Below the pieces are notes generated by a model, which was given only the letters and a program-made list of their open reading frames with translations, was not told where the DNA came from and did not search any database. A stretch of 60,998 nt of DNA, filler included, from Actinomycetales bacterium (GTDB lineage: Bacteria; Actinomycetota; Actinomycetes; Actinomycetales; CAVURS01): assembly GCA_045807245.1 (NCBI GenBank). It is 3 parts of 3 records of this genome, joined end to end, with 100 filler letters (N's around TTAATTAATTAA, not from the genome) between each part and the next. Parts side by side here need not be neighbours in the genome. Positions count along the whole stretch, not along the records: positions 1 to 15,126 come from JBJMHS010000024.1; 2 more parts are not named here. One strand, written 5' to 3'. The position numbers were made by a program, and so were the translations under genes. This document shows, in pieces, positions 1 through 8,590 of the stretch (positions within the stretch are counted from its first letter, which is position 1; the number at the start of each line of letters is the position of its first letter).

Positions 1-452
1 ATCCCGAGCTGGCGCCTGACCTCGGCCGAGACCCGGCCGCCGTCCGCGCGCTTGGCGACCTTGGGCTGCACGACCTTCATGACCTGACCCATGGCCCGCG
101 GACCCTCCGCACCGGTGTCGGCGATCGCGTCCGCGACCATTGCGGACAGCTCCTCGTCGGAGAGCTGGGCCGGCAGGTACCCCTCGATCACCAAGAGCTC
201 GGCCCGCTCGCGCTCGGCCAGCTCCGGCCGGTTCGCGTCGTCGTACGCCGTGGCCGCCTCGCGCCGTCGCTTGGCCTCGCGGACGAGGAGCGACAGCACC
301 TCGTCGTCGCTGAGCTCGCGCGCCCGCTCGCCGGCCACCTCCTCGTTCGTCACCGAGGTCAGGGCCATGCGCAAGGTGGACGAGCGCAGCTCGTCGCGCT
401 CGCGGATGGACTCGGTCAGGTCGGAGCGCAACGTGTCCTTCAGCGAGCTCAT
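1..452 (-). CDS. yqeY: GatB/YqeY domain protein (3' end runs off the window)
   Basis: Manual translation from ATG at 452: MSSLKDTLRSDLTESIRERDELRSSTLRMALTSV...EAKRRREAATAYDDANRPELAERERAELLVIEGYLPAQLSDEEL...GPRAMGQVMKVVQPKVAKRADGGRVS. Absent from the ORF track because no stop lies in the window. Confidence 0.88.
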   Translation of the reverse strand, partial: MSSLKDTLRSDLTESIRERDELRSSTLRMALTSVTNEEVAGERARELSDDEVLSLLVREAKRRREAATAYDDANRPELAERERAELLVIEGYLPAQLSDEELSAMVADAIADTGAEGPRAMGQVMKVVQPKVAKRADGGRVSAEVRRQLG

Positions 453-486
453 GCCCGCAGTCTGTCATCGGCTGGGACACTGAGCC

Positions 487-1425
487 GTGCACCTCATGAC
501 CCGGGCGGCGATCGGTCTGACCGCGGCCGCGGGAGCCGGCATCGGGTACGCCGCGGGGGTCGAGCGCCTGTCCTTCCGGCTGCGCCGGGTCGACGTCCCG
601 GTCCTGCCACGTGGAGCCCGGCCAGTGCGGGTCCTGCAGCTGACCGACATGCACCTGACGCCCGGGCAGCGCCGCAAACGGGACTGGGTGCGCGGCCTGG
701 CCGACCTGCGCCCGGACTTCGTCATCGACACCGGTGACAACCTGGCCCACCCGGACGCCGTGCCGATGGCCCTGGACGTGCTCGAGCCGCTGCTCGACCG
801 GCCGGGCGCGTTCGTGCTCGGGTCCAACGACTACTACGGCCCGCTGCTGAAGAACCCGACCCGCTATCTGCTGCGGGACCGTGGCGAGCGCCGCACGGGC
901 GCCCGCCTGCCGACGGCCGAGCTGGTGGACGGCCTGACGCGCTCGGGGTGGAGCGACCTGACGAACTCGCGCGCCAACGTCCGCATCGCCGGGCTCGACG
1001 TGGAGCTGGTCGGCGTCGACGACCCGCACCTGCGCTTCGACCGCTACGACGACGTGAGCGGCCCGGCCGACCCGGAGGCCGACCTCACCCTGGGAGTCAC
1101 GCACGCGCCGTACACGCGGGTCCTGGACGCGATGGTGCGGGACGGGGCCCGGCTCGTGGTGGCGGGACACACGCACGGCGGGCAGCTCTGCCTGCCCGGG
1201 TACGGCGCGCTGGTCACCAACTGCGACCTGGACCGCCACCGGGCCAAAGGCCTGTCCAGATGGTGGCCGGGCGCCGGCCTGGACCCCCGCTCCAGTCTCA
1301 GGCCGGCGCCGGCACACGCCGCGTGGCTGCACGTGTCGGCCGGTCTTGGCACGTCACCGTTCGCGCCGGTCAGGTTCGCCTGCCCTCCCGAGGCAACCCT
1401 GATGACGCTACGGCCGGCCGGCTGA
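487..1425 (+). CDS. Calcineurin-like metallophosphoesterase (Rv3683-like)
   Basis: Motifs DMH, TGDN, GSND, GHTHGGQ; N-terminal hydrophobic segment; usual neighbour of yqeY in actinomycetes. Confidence 0.9.
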   Translation: MHLMTRAAIGLTAAAGAGIGYAAGVERLSFRLRRVDVPVLPRGARPVRVLQLTDMHLTPGQRRKRDWVRGLADLRPDFVIDTGDNLAHPDAVPMALDVLEPLLDRPGAFVLGSNDYYGPLLKNPTRYLLRDRGERRTGARLPTAELVDGLTRSGWSDLTNSRANVRIAGLDVELVGVDDPHLRFDRYDDVSGPADPEADLTLGVTHAPYTRVLDAMVRDGARLVVAGHTHGGQLCLPGYGALVTNCDLDRHRAKGLSRWWPGAGLDPRSSLRPAPAHAAWLHVSAGLGTSPFAPVRFACPPEATLMTLRPAG

Positions 1426-1473
1426 CGCAGCCCGCGGCGTCACGCGGCCCTGCAGCCGATCGCTGGGAGCGAC

Positions 1474-2154
1474 CTAGAAGTGCAGGACCACGCGGGTCTT
1501 GGCCGAGCCGATCTTCTGCCCCGCGGCGAACGGGCCGGTGGTGCCGTCTCCGCCGACGGCCAGCTCGTTGAGCTCCTCAGCGCCCTCGGCGGAGGTGTTC
1601 AGGACCATCTGCGCCACCCGCACCTTGGTGTCGGTGATCGTGACGTTGGCGGTGGACATGTCAAGCGAACCGATGACCTGGCGGCCGCTGTCGTCGGCCG
1701 ACTTCGTGACAGCGGACAGGTCGAACGCGGTCAGCATGTCCGGACTGCCGAAGTCGGTGATCCGGAAGGTCCCCAAAGTGATGGCGTAGCAGTTGTTCTC
1801 GAGCGTGACCGAACCGGAGTGGTCGAGCCGGATCGCACCGGTGTCGGGCTGCACCTGCAGACCGGAGATCGGCAGGATGAGCTTCAGGCCCTTGGTGACC
1901 GTCGTGACCGTGACCCCGTTGGCGGCGGTCGCGACGAGCAAGCCGCAACCGCTGTTCTGCAAGGTGTTGTAGGCCTTGCCGCCCAACGTGAGCGTCGTGG
2001 CGCCGGTGGCCGAGACCGGGACTGCGCTGGCAAAGGCCGGGGTGGTGCTCAGAGTCGCGGCGACCGCCAACACGGCGGCGAGTGCGGCGAACGGCTTGCG
2101 GACAGACCTGGAGTTACGAGGTGTCCTGTGCTTGCGGACCATTCGGTGCTTCAT
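1474..2154 (-). CDS. Secreted beta-rich protein of unknown function (weak resemblance to HtaA-like domains)
   Basis: ATG at 2154, basic N-region, hydrophobic stretch and AFA-S signal peptidase site; one Cys pair; family assignment tentative. Confidence 0.6.
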   Translation of the reverse strand: MKHRMVRKHRTPRNSRSVRKPFAALAAVLAVAATLSTTPAFASAVPVSATGATTLTLGGKAYNTLQNSGCGLLVATAANGVTVTTVTKGLKLILPISGLQVQPDTGAIRLDHSGSVTLENNCYAITLGTFRITDFGSPDMLTAFDLSAVTKSADDSGRQVIGSLDMSTANVTITDTKVRVAQMVLNTSAEGAEELNELAVGGDGTTGPFAAGQKIGSAKTRVVLHF

Positions 2155-2373
2155 GTATCCCCACCTGGTAGAAGAGGTCCCTGCCGCCCATCGGACACCG
2201 AGTCCCGTCCCGGGCCGAGCCACCGAGCACTGCGCGCTGATCCTCGCCAGGTCACCCGAACGGCGCAACCGATTCGGGGAAACTGGTCACAATGAGTTTC
2301 TGACTGTCACAGCCGACGCGTTCCATTGCCGTTCCGTACGCTAGGCCCGGACGCCGGAAGAAAGGTTGGCTCG

Positions 2374-3411
2374 ATGGACCTCGCGAGTCTGCTCAAGGGA
2401 CTGCTCAAGCGATCCTGGCTGATCCTGCTCATCGCGGGCCTCGCCGGCGGCGGCGCCTACTGGCTCAACCGAGACGCCACCGACTCCTACCGCAGCTCGG
2501 TGGACGTGACCGTGCCCGCGGCGCAGGCTACGACGGCCGGGGCCAACGGGCAGTACGTCGCGAACTTCGTCGTCGGTCTCGGCGTCGACTCGGTCCTGGA
2601 CCAGGTGACGAAGTCGACGGGCGCAGCGCGGAGCGCGCTCAAGTCCGGGCTCGCCGCCGACCAGGTGGGCAACTCGAGCTTCATCACCGTGACGTACACG
2701 AGCCACTCCCAGAGCCACGCGTCCGCAGTCGTCAGTGCGGCGGCGAAGGCCACCGCCGCGTTGCTCGCGCAGCCCGCCATCCAGTCGGCCACGAGTGCAG
2801 CGACCGAGGCCAAGTCGACGCAGGCCAAGGCCGCAGCCCAGGAGAAGGCCGCGAACACCGCGCTCAGCACCTGGCTGGCCAAGCACGGCGGGATCGACCC
2901 GCACGTGCGCTACCAGGCCCTGCAGTCCTCCATCACGCAGCTGAACGTGAGCAAGCAGCAGGCGATCGCGCAGAGCCGCAGCACCAGCAACTTCGACAGC
3001 GCGATCGCATCGGCGCAGAAGTCGCTGACCAAGCTCGGCCCACTGCTCTCGCAGTACGACGCGGTGACGCGGGCCCTGAACCAGGCCGATCTGGCCATGC
3101 AGACCGCGCAGGGTCGCGTCGTCGCCGCGTCGACCGAGCTCGCGGACGCGCAGGCCGCGCCCATCATCGGTGCGCCACACGCGACGCTCATCACGGGCAA
3201 GGAGACCCTCGTCCGCGCGGTCGCGATCGCGGGCGGGCTCGGGTTCGTGCTGGCCCTCGCCCTGGTGCTGCTGGTTGAGCTGGTGGTACTGAGCCGGCGT
3301 CAGCGTCGTACCCCGCCTTTTCCGGCCTTCCCCACCCAGGGACCGGTCAGCCGAGGCTCCTACGACCTGACCGACAAGCAGCCGAAGCCCGCGCCACTGC
3401 CGACGCGCTGA
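2374..3411 (+). CDS. Wzz/polysaccharide co-polymerase-like chain-length determinant
   Basis: MDLASLLKGLLKRSWLILLIAGLAGGGAY N-terminal TM, central coiled coil, C-terminal TM; context of glycosyltransferase genes. Confidence 0.7.
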   Translation: MDLASLLKGLLKRSWLILLIAGLAGGGAYWLNRDATDSYRSSVDVTVPAAQATTAGANGQYVANFVVGLGVDSVLDQVTKSTGAARSALKSGLAADQVGNSSFITVTYTSHSQSHASAVVSAAAKATAALLAQPAIQSATSAATEAKSTQAKAAAQEKAANTALSTWLAKHGGIDPHVRYQALQSSITQLNVSKQQAIAQSRSTSNFDSAIASAQKSLTKLGPLLSQYDAVTRALNQADLAMQTAQGRVVAASTELADAQAAPIIGAPHATLITGKETLVRAVAIAGGLGFVLALALVLLVELVVLSRRQRRTPPFPAFPTQGPVSRGSYDLTDKQPKPAPLPTR

Positions 3412-3420
3412 CCCAGCTGA

Positions 3421-3438
3421 CGCAGCCCTGACGCTGCG
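3421..3438. terminator. Short GC hairpin between convergent genes
   Basis: CGCAGC-cctgac-GCTGCG inverted repeat between the stops at 3411 and 3448; no U-tract. Confidence 0.3.
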
Positions 3439-3447
3439 GGGCAGGAG

Positions 3448-4389
3448 TCAGGCCGACCCGGCCTGCCAGGCGTACTGGGCCCGCAGCCCTTGCGCCACAG
3501 TCACTTTCGGCTCCCAGCCCAGCAGCTCGTGGGCGCGGTCGGTCGAGCCGCCGGTCTGCCGAACGTCGCCGGCCTGGTCGGGCCCGCGGCTGACCTCCAG
3601 CTCGCGCCCGGCCACCTCGCCGAGCAACGCCAACAGCTCGTTGACGGTGATCGAGCCACCGCCGGCGACGTTCATGATCGTCCCAGGCGGCAGGTCCGCG
3701 TCGGCGGCCGCGAGGTTCGCGTGCACGACGTCCTCGACGAAGGTGAAGTCCCGGACCTGCTCGCCGTCGCCGTAGACCGGGATCGGCTGCTCGGACATGG
3801 CCGCCGCGATGAACCGGTGCAGCCCCATGTCCGGACGCTGGCGTGGGCCGTAGACGGTGAAGTACCGCAGGACGACGGCCGGGACGCCCCAGTTGCCGGA
3901 GTAGAGCGCGCACAGGTGTTCGCCCGCCAGCTTGGTCACGCCGTAGGGGCTGTACGGCGCGGGCAGGTCGGTCTCGCGCGTCGGGTACCGCGGTGCGTTG
4001 CCGTAGACGGAGGAGGACGAGGCATAGACCAGACGCCCGACCCGCGTCTCGCGCGCGGCCTCGAGCAGGCGCTGGGTCGCGGTGACGTTGCGCGCGACGT
4101 AGGTGTCGAAGCCGGTGGACCACGACAGCCGGACACCGGGCTGTCCGGCCAGGTGGTGGACCACGTCCGCACCGTCGATCAGTGGCTCCAGGTCGGCGCT
4201 GCCCAGGTCGGCGGCCGCGTGTTCGAACCGGTCGTGGGCCGCGAGCCGGGCCAGGTTGGCCCGCTTGATCCGCGGGTCGTAGTAGTCGGTCAGGCAGTCG
4301 ACGCCGAGCACGTCGTGTCCCGCGTCGAGGGCGGCCTGGGCCAGGTGGCTGCCGATGAACCCGGCGGCACCGGTCACAACGACCCTCAT
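3448..4389 (-). CDS. NAD-dependent nucleotide-sugar epimerase/dehydratase (UDP-glucose/UDP-glucuronate 4-epimerase-like)
   Basis: MRVVVTGAAGFIGSH Rossmann motif, ASSSSVYG, YGVTK (YxxxK), YFTVYGPRQRPDM, RDFTFVED. Confidence 0.92.
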   Translation of the reverse strand: MRVVVTGAAGFIGSHLAQAALDAGHDVLGVDCLTDYYDPRIKRANLARLAAHDRFEHAAADLGSADLEPLIDGADVVHHLAGQPGVRLSWSTGFDTYVARNVTATQRLLEAARETRVGRLVYASSSSVYGNAPRYPTRETDLPAPYSPYGVTKLAGEHLCALYSGNWGVPAVVLRYFTVYGPRQRPDMGLHRFIAAAMSEQPIPVYGDGEQVRDFTFVEDVVHANLAAADADLPPGTIMNVAGGGSITVNELLALLGEVAGRELEVSRGPDQAGDVRQTGGSTDRAHELLGWEPKVTVAQGLRAQYAWQAGSA

Positions 4390-4396
4390 CGCCGCG

Positions 4397-5467
4397 TCAC
4401 GCCCGTCCGCGACGGCCCACGGCCTGCTCGAAGACCGCCCGGTGCTCACTCGCGACCTGGCTGAACGTGCGGACCACCGGTGACGTGGGCGGCACCGGGC
4501 CGATGGGCGAGTCGAGCGCCTCGACGACGGTCATGGCGAGCGCCTGCGCATCGTTCGGCGGGACGAGCCGGACCACGCCGGCGAACGTCTCGGCGATGCC
4601 GGGCACGTCGGTGGCCACCGCCGGCACACCGCAGGCCATCGCCTCGAGCAGAGCGTTCGGCAGGCCTTCGTATCGCGAGGGCATGACGAAGAGGTCGAGC
4701 CCGCGCAGGAAGCGCGCCACGTGTTCGCGGTCGCTCAGGCCGCCGACGAACGTCACCGGCAGCCCGGCCGCCTGACGTTGCAGGTCCGCGCGGAGCTCGC
4801 CGTCACCGACGACGACGAGCTCGACGTCACGCTTGACCAGGATCTGCGGGAGCGCCTCGAGCAGGACGTCGAAGCCCTTCTGCGCGACCAGGCGGCCCAT
4901 CGCGCCCAGCTTGGCCGGGCCGGACGGCTGCGTGCGAGGCCACGTGCGGGGGTGGAAGACCGCGGAGTCGATGCCGTTACGCACCACGTGCACGCGGGCC
5001 CGTGGTGCGCCGTGCGCCCGGACGATGAACTCGGCCACGTCGGGCGAGTTGCCGATCCAGTCCTCGGTCATCGAACGGAGCCCGGAGTCGACCCGGCGCT
5101 GCCACCCCTTGCGGAAGTCCTCGACACGGCGCTCGGACATCACGACGGCAGGACGCCGCCGTCCGGCCAGCGCCGCGCGGCCGAAGGCGCTCGCGCCCCA
5201 CAACGACGTGTGCACCACGTCGTACCCGCCGGTGAGCGCGAGGCGGCGCAGCTGCCGCGCCAGCCCGGCCTTGGTCGGGTCGCTGCTGCTCAGCTCCATG
5301 ACGCGGATGCCGTCGCTCGCCAGCTCGCGGGCGAGGTCGTAGCCCGGGCGCAGCACGCAGAGGGTGGGCCGCCACTCGACCTCGTTGGCGGCGCGAAGCA
5401 TCCCCGCGAGCTGCAGCTCCGTGCCGGACGCGACCATGCGGCCCATCACATGCAGCACGGAGAGCAT
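4397..5467 (-). CDS. Glycosyltransferase family 4 (GT-B)
   Basis: GRLVAQKG and SRYEGLPNALLEAMACGVPAVATDVPG motifs. Confidence 0.92.
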   Translation of the reverse strand: MLSVLHVMGRMVASGTELQLAGMLRAANEVEWRPTLCVLRPGYDLARELASDGIRVMELSSSDPTKAGLARQLRRLALTGGYDVVHTSLWGASAFGRAALAGRRRPAVVMSERRVEDFRKGWQRRVDSGLRSMTEDWIGNSPDVAEFIVRAHGAPRARVHVVRNGIDSAVFHPRTWPRTQPSGPAKLGAMGRLVAQKGFDVLLEALPQILVKRDVELVVVGDGELRADLQRQAAGLPVTFVGGLSDREHVARFLRGLDLFVMPSRYEGLPNALLEAMACGVPAVATDVPGIAETFAGVVRLVPPNDAQALAMTVVEALDSPIGPVPPTSPVVRTFSQVASEHRAVFEQAVGRRGRA

Positions 5468-5513
5468 CGGCGAACTCTAGCCGCGAACCGGCAACGACTT
5501 CGCGTCGAAGGTG

Positions 5514-6617
5514 CTACCGCGGGGTTAAAGGATTCCTGTCCAGGGCCTGCGCGGTCGTGGTGAGGAGCGACAGAGGCCAGGCGGGGTACCCCTGAGGGAG
5601 CTCGACGGAGTTTGCGCCGACCTTGACGGCCGCGGCCAGGACGCGTTCCTCGTCGCCCAGCCGCTTGCGGGCTGCGGTCTGCAGGATGATGGGCGGTCCG
5701 AGTTTGGTCATGGCCGCGTACATCGTGACGAAGTTCGGGTTGGCCAGCTTCTCGTCCGAGATCGAGTTGTTCTGCAGGCCGCACCGCTCACCCAGGGTGG
5801 TGCGGCAGAACTGCATCATCTGCTCGGTGAAGGCCAGGTCCGGCGCCTGGTTCGGGTCCTGCACGTTCGGGAACGGGTTGAAGTCGACGTCGGACGTCGT
5901 GTGCTTCCAGACGTTGTGGGCGGCGATCGCCTCTTTGATGCACTGCTCGTCGGCGGCTGTGGTGTAGCCCGCCGACAGCAAACCGTTGCGGTTGTTGACA
6001 TCTCCGGGCTGCCGGACGAAGAGCTCGTCGAAGATGGTGGAACATCGCGACACTGTGATCTCGCGGATCTCAGGAGCGTCGTCGTACTTGGCCGCCAGCT
6101 TGGCCTGCAGGTCGTCGTACGCCTTGCCGAAGTCCGCGCTCCAGAAGCGCCCGATCGTTCCGCCGGCGACCGAGCCACCCTCTTGGTTGTTGATGTACTG
6201 GACGGGCGTGCCGCCGAGGGTCTTGGTCCAGCCCGGCGCGTTGACCCCGGCGAAGACGCGCAGCTTGAGCTGCATGCCTGCGGCCTTGAAGTCCGGCTGG
6301 CGGACTCGCGCGATGGCCTTGTCGATCGGGTTGTCCGCAGCGATGGGCCCGAAGGCGGTCGGCTGCAGGTCGGACCAGTTGACCTTGACGACGTACGCGT
6401 GGACGACGGAGAGCAGCTCCTTGGGTGGCTCCCCCTGCCGGTCGATCAGGCCTTGGATCGGCGCCTTGACCGGTCCACTGCTGGTCCCGGTGCCCGTCGG
6501 GCTGGGGTTGCTCGACGTCGGTCCTGGTGCAGGTGATCCCGACGACGTACAGGCCGCGAGCCCGAGCAGGACCGCGGCACCGAGCACGGCCAAGGGGCCG
6601 CGTACCAGCCGGCTCAT
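5514..6617 (-). CDS. Lipoprotein, possible TIM-barrel glycoside hydrolase
   Basis: Lipobox LAAC, Pro/Ser/Thr linker, VKVNWSDLQP...LKLRVFAGVNAPGW segment reminiscent of clan GH-A barrels; catalytic assignment is inference. Confidence 0.55.
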   Translation of the reverse strand: MSRLVRGPLAVLGAAVLLGLAACTSSGSPAPGPTSSNPSPTGTGTSSGPVKAPIQGLIDRQGEPPKELLSVVHAYVVKVNWSDLQPTAFGPIAADNPIDKAIARVRQPDFKAAGMQLKLRVFAGVNAPGWTKTLGGTPVQYINNQEGGSVAGGTIGRFWSADFGKAYDDLQAKLAAKYDDAPEIREITVSRCSTIFDELFVRQPGDVNNRNGLLSAGYTTAADEQCIKEAIAAHNVWKHTTSDVDFNPFPNVQDPNQAPDLAFTEQMMQFCRTTLGERCGLQNNSISDEKLANPNFVTMYAAMTKLGPPIILQTAARKRLGDEERVLAAAVKVGANSVELPQGYPAWPLSLLTTTAQALDRNPLTPR

Positions 6618-6634
6618 CGCCCTCCCACAACGGA

Positions 6635-8590
6635 ATGAGCCATCCTAAGCACGTGCCCACCGAGCCACCGTCCATGCGCGTGCTGTTCGTGGCCGGTCAC
6701 GGCCGCAGCGGCAGCACCCTGGTCGCCAACGTGCTGGGCTCACTGCCCGGCTTCGTGTCGGTGGGTGAGCTCCGCTACCTGTGGGAGCGCGGGCTGGGCG
6801 AGCAGAGTCTGTGCGGTTGTGGCCGTCCGGTCACGTCGTGCGAGTTCTGGGCCCCTGTCCTGGAGACGGCTTACGACGGCGCCGCACCGGACGTCGCTCG
6901 CGTCGTCACGGCCGACCGTCACCTGCTGCGGGTCCGCGCGATGCCTCGCCTGCTCGGCCCGCCTCATGTGCGGCGCAGCACGCCGCCTGCCGCGGACGAG
7001 ATCTGGTACGTCGATCAGCTCGGCCGCGTCCTGCGCGCACTCAGCCAACACACAGGCGGCGCAACGATCGTCGACTCCTCCAAGCTCGTCACGTACGGCG
7101 CAGTCCTGTCCCGCGTGCCGGGCATCGACCTGCGCGTGCTGCACCTGGTCCGGGACGCCCGGGGAGTGGCGCACTCGTGGAGCCGGCGGCGCGACCGGCC
7201 GGACCGGGGCCAGGGTGCCTGGGAGATGGGTCGGGAGAGCCCGATCAGGAGCGCGGTGCTCTGGGACTTATGGAACGTCAGCGCGGAACGGCTGTGGGGT
7301 GGGCTGCCCGGCCGCTATGTGCGCGTCCGGTACGAGGACGTGACCCGAGCCCCGGCCGAAACCCTCACAGATGCGTTGCGGCGCTTAGGTTTTGACGGCC
7401 AGGTCACTGTGACCCCAGACGGCGCGTTGCCCGTGGACGTTGCGCATACCGTCGCCGGCAACCCGGGTCGGATGACGTCCGGCGCCATCGCGATCAGCCG
7501 CGACGACGAGTGGGTCACCCGCATGCCGACGGCGCGCCGCGCCCTCGTGACCCTGTCGACTGCACCGCTGCTGCACCACTACGGGTACCCGATGCGCGGG
7601 CGGGCACCCGCTGCCGAGGACCATGACGAGCCCCGAGTTTTCGTCGAGGACTTGCGCGGCCTGCGGCGGCTGACCGCACGAGTACGGCGCAACGTGACCT
7701 GGGTGCGGCAGCAGGGCGTCGCCCGAGCACTGGAGGAGAAGGAGATCGACCCGGTGCGCACCGTCCCGGCGCGGCTCGCCAAACGCCGCTACCGGCGACG
7801 TTCGGGCAGCGCCGGCCGCGCGGTGCCGGTCTACGTCGTCGGCGTCCAGCGGTCGGGGACGAACATGCTGGTCCGCGGCTTCGACCTGGCACCGGAGTTC
7901 GAGGTGCACAACGAGAACGACGGCCGGGCGTTCGACCGGTTCAAGCTGCGCAGCGACGACGTCATCGCTTCGCTCGTCGCGGCGAGCCGGCACGACTACG
8001 TCATGTTCAAGCCGCTGTGCGACTCGCATCGTGTCGACCACCTGCTGGACGACATCTCCTCGCCGCGGCCGGGCCGCGCGGTGTGGGCGTACCGCGACGT
8101 CGAAGGCCGCGTGCGGTCGGCGCTCGCGAAGTTCGGGGACGGCAACCTGCAGGTGCTCCGCGAGTTCGCCTCCGGCGCGAACATCACCCGCTGGCACACC
8201 CAGCGCATCTCCGCTGCGAGTGCCGAGCTGGTCCGCTCGTTCGACTACGACCGGCTGAGCCCGGCCTCGGGTGCGGCCCTGATGTGGCTCATCCGCAACC
8301 GGCTCTACTTCGAGCTCGGGCTCGACCAGCGCCCGGACGTGCGTCTGGTCTCCTACAACGCGTTCCTCGACCGTCCCGACGAGACCATGCAGGGCCTGTG
8401 CCGGTTTCTTGGCTTCCGTTGGCGACCGGAGCTGACCCGGCACGTCTCACGCCGGCCGCCGACGTACCGGCAGCCGCTCGACATCGAGCCCGAGATCCTC
8501 GGCGAGTGCGCCGCGCTCGTCGCCCGGCTCGATGCCGCCGCCGCCGCCCCTACTGACCCGGCGAGTGCGCGCGGCCCGGTCACGGCATGA
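6635..8590 (+). CDS. Protein with two tandem PAPS-dependent sulfotransferase domains
   Basis: Two 5'-PSB loops (GHGRSGSTL; GVQRSGTNML) and two 3'-PB motifs (HLVRDARGVAHS; WAYRDVEGRVRS), plus RYED / SYNAFL. The start is either 6635 or 6674. Confidence 0.82.
   Translation: MSHPKHVPTEPPSMRVLFVAGHGRSGSTLVANVLGSLPGFVSVGELRYLWERGLGEQSLCGCGRPVTSCEFWAPVLETAYDGAAPDVARVVTADRHLLRVRAMPRLLGPPHVRRSTPPAADEIWYVDQLGRVLRALSQHTGGATIVDSSKLVTYGAVLSRVPGIDLRVLHLVRDARGVAHSWSRRRDRPDRGQGAWEMGRESPIRSAVLWDLWNVSAERLWGGLPGRYVRVRYEDVTRAPAETLTDALRRLGFDGQVTVTPDGALPVDVAHTVAGNPGRMTSGAIAISRDDEWVTRMPTARRALVTLSTAPLLHHYGYPMRGRAPAAEDHDEPRVFVEDLRGLRRLTARVRRNVTWVRQQGVARALEEKEIDPVRTVPARLAKRRYRRRSGSAGRAVPVYVVGVQRSGTNMLVRGFDLAPEFEVHNENDGRAFDRFKLRSDDVIASLVAASRHDYVMFKPLCDSHRVDHLLDDISSPRPGRAVWAYRDVEGRVRSALAKFGDGNLQVLREFASGANITRWHTQRISAASAELVRSFDYDRLSPASGAALMWLIRNRLYFELGLDQRPDVRLVSYNAFLDRPDETMQGLCRFLGFRWRPELTRHVSRRPPTYRQPLDIEPEILGECAALVARLDAAAAAPTDPASARGPVTA

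Noticed and set aside
1421..3428. 13-bp direct repeat GCTGACGCAGCCC at 1421-1433 and 3416-3428 flanking two genes
   Set aside because: Short and GC-rich, so plausible by chance in 61 kb; no associated recombinase.
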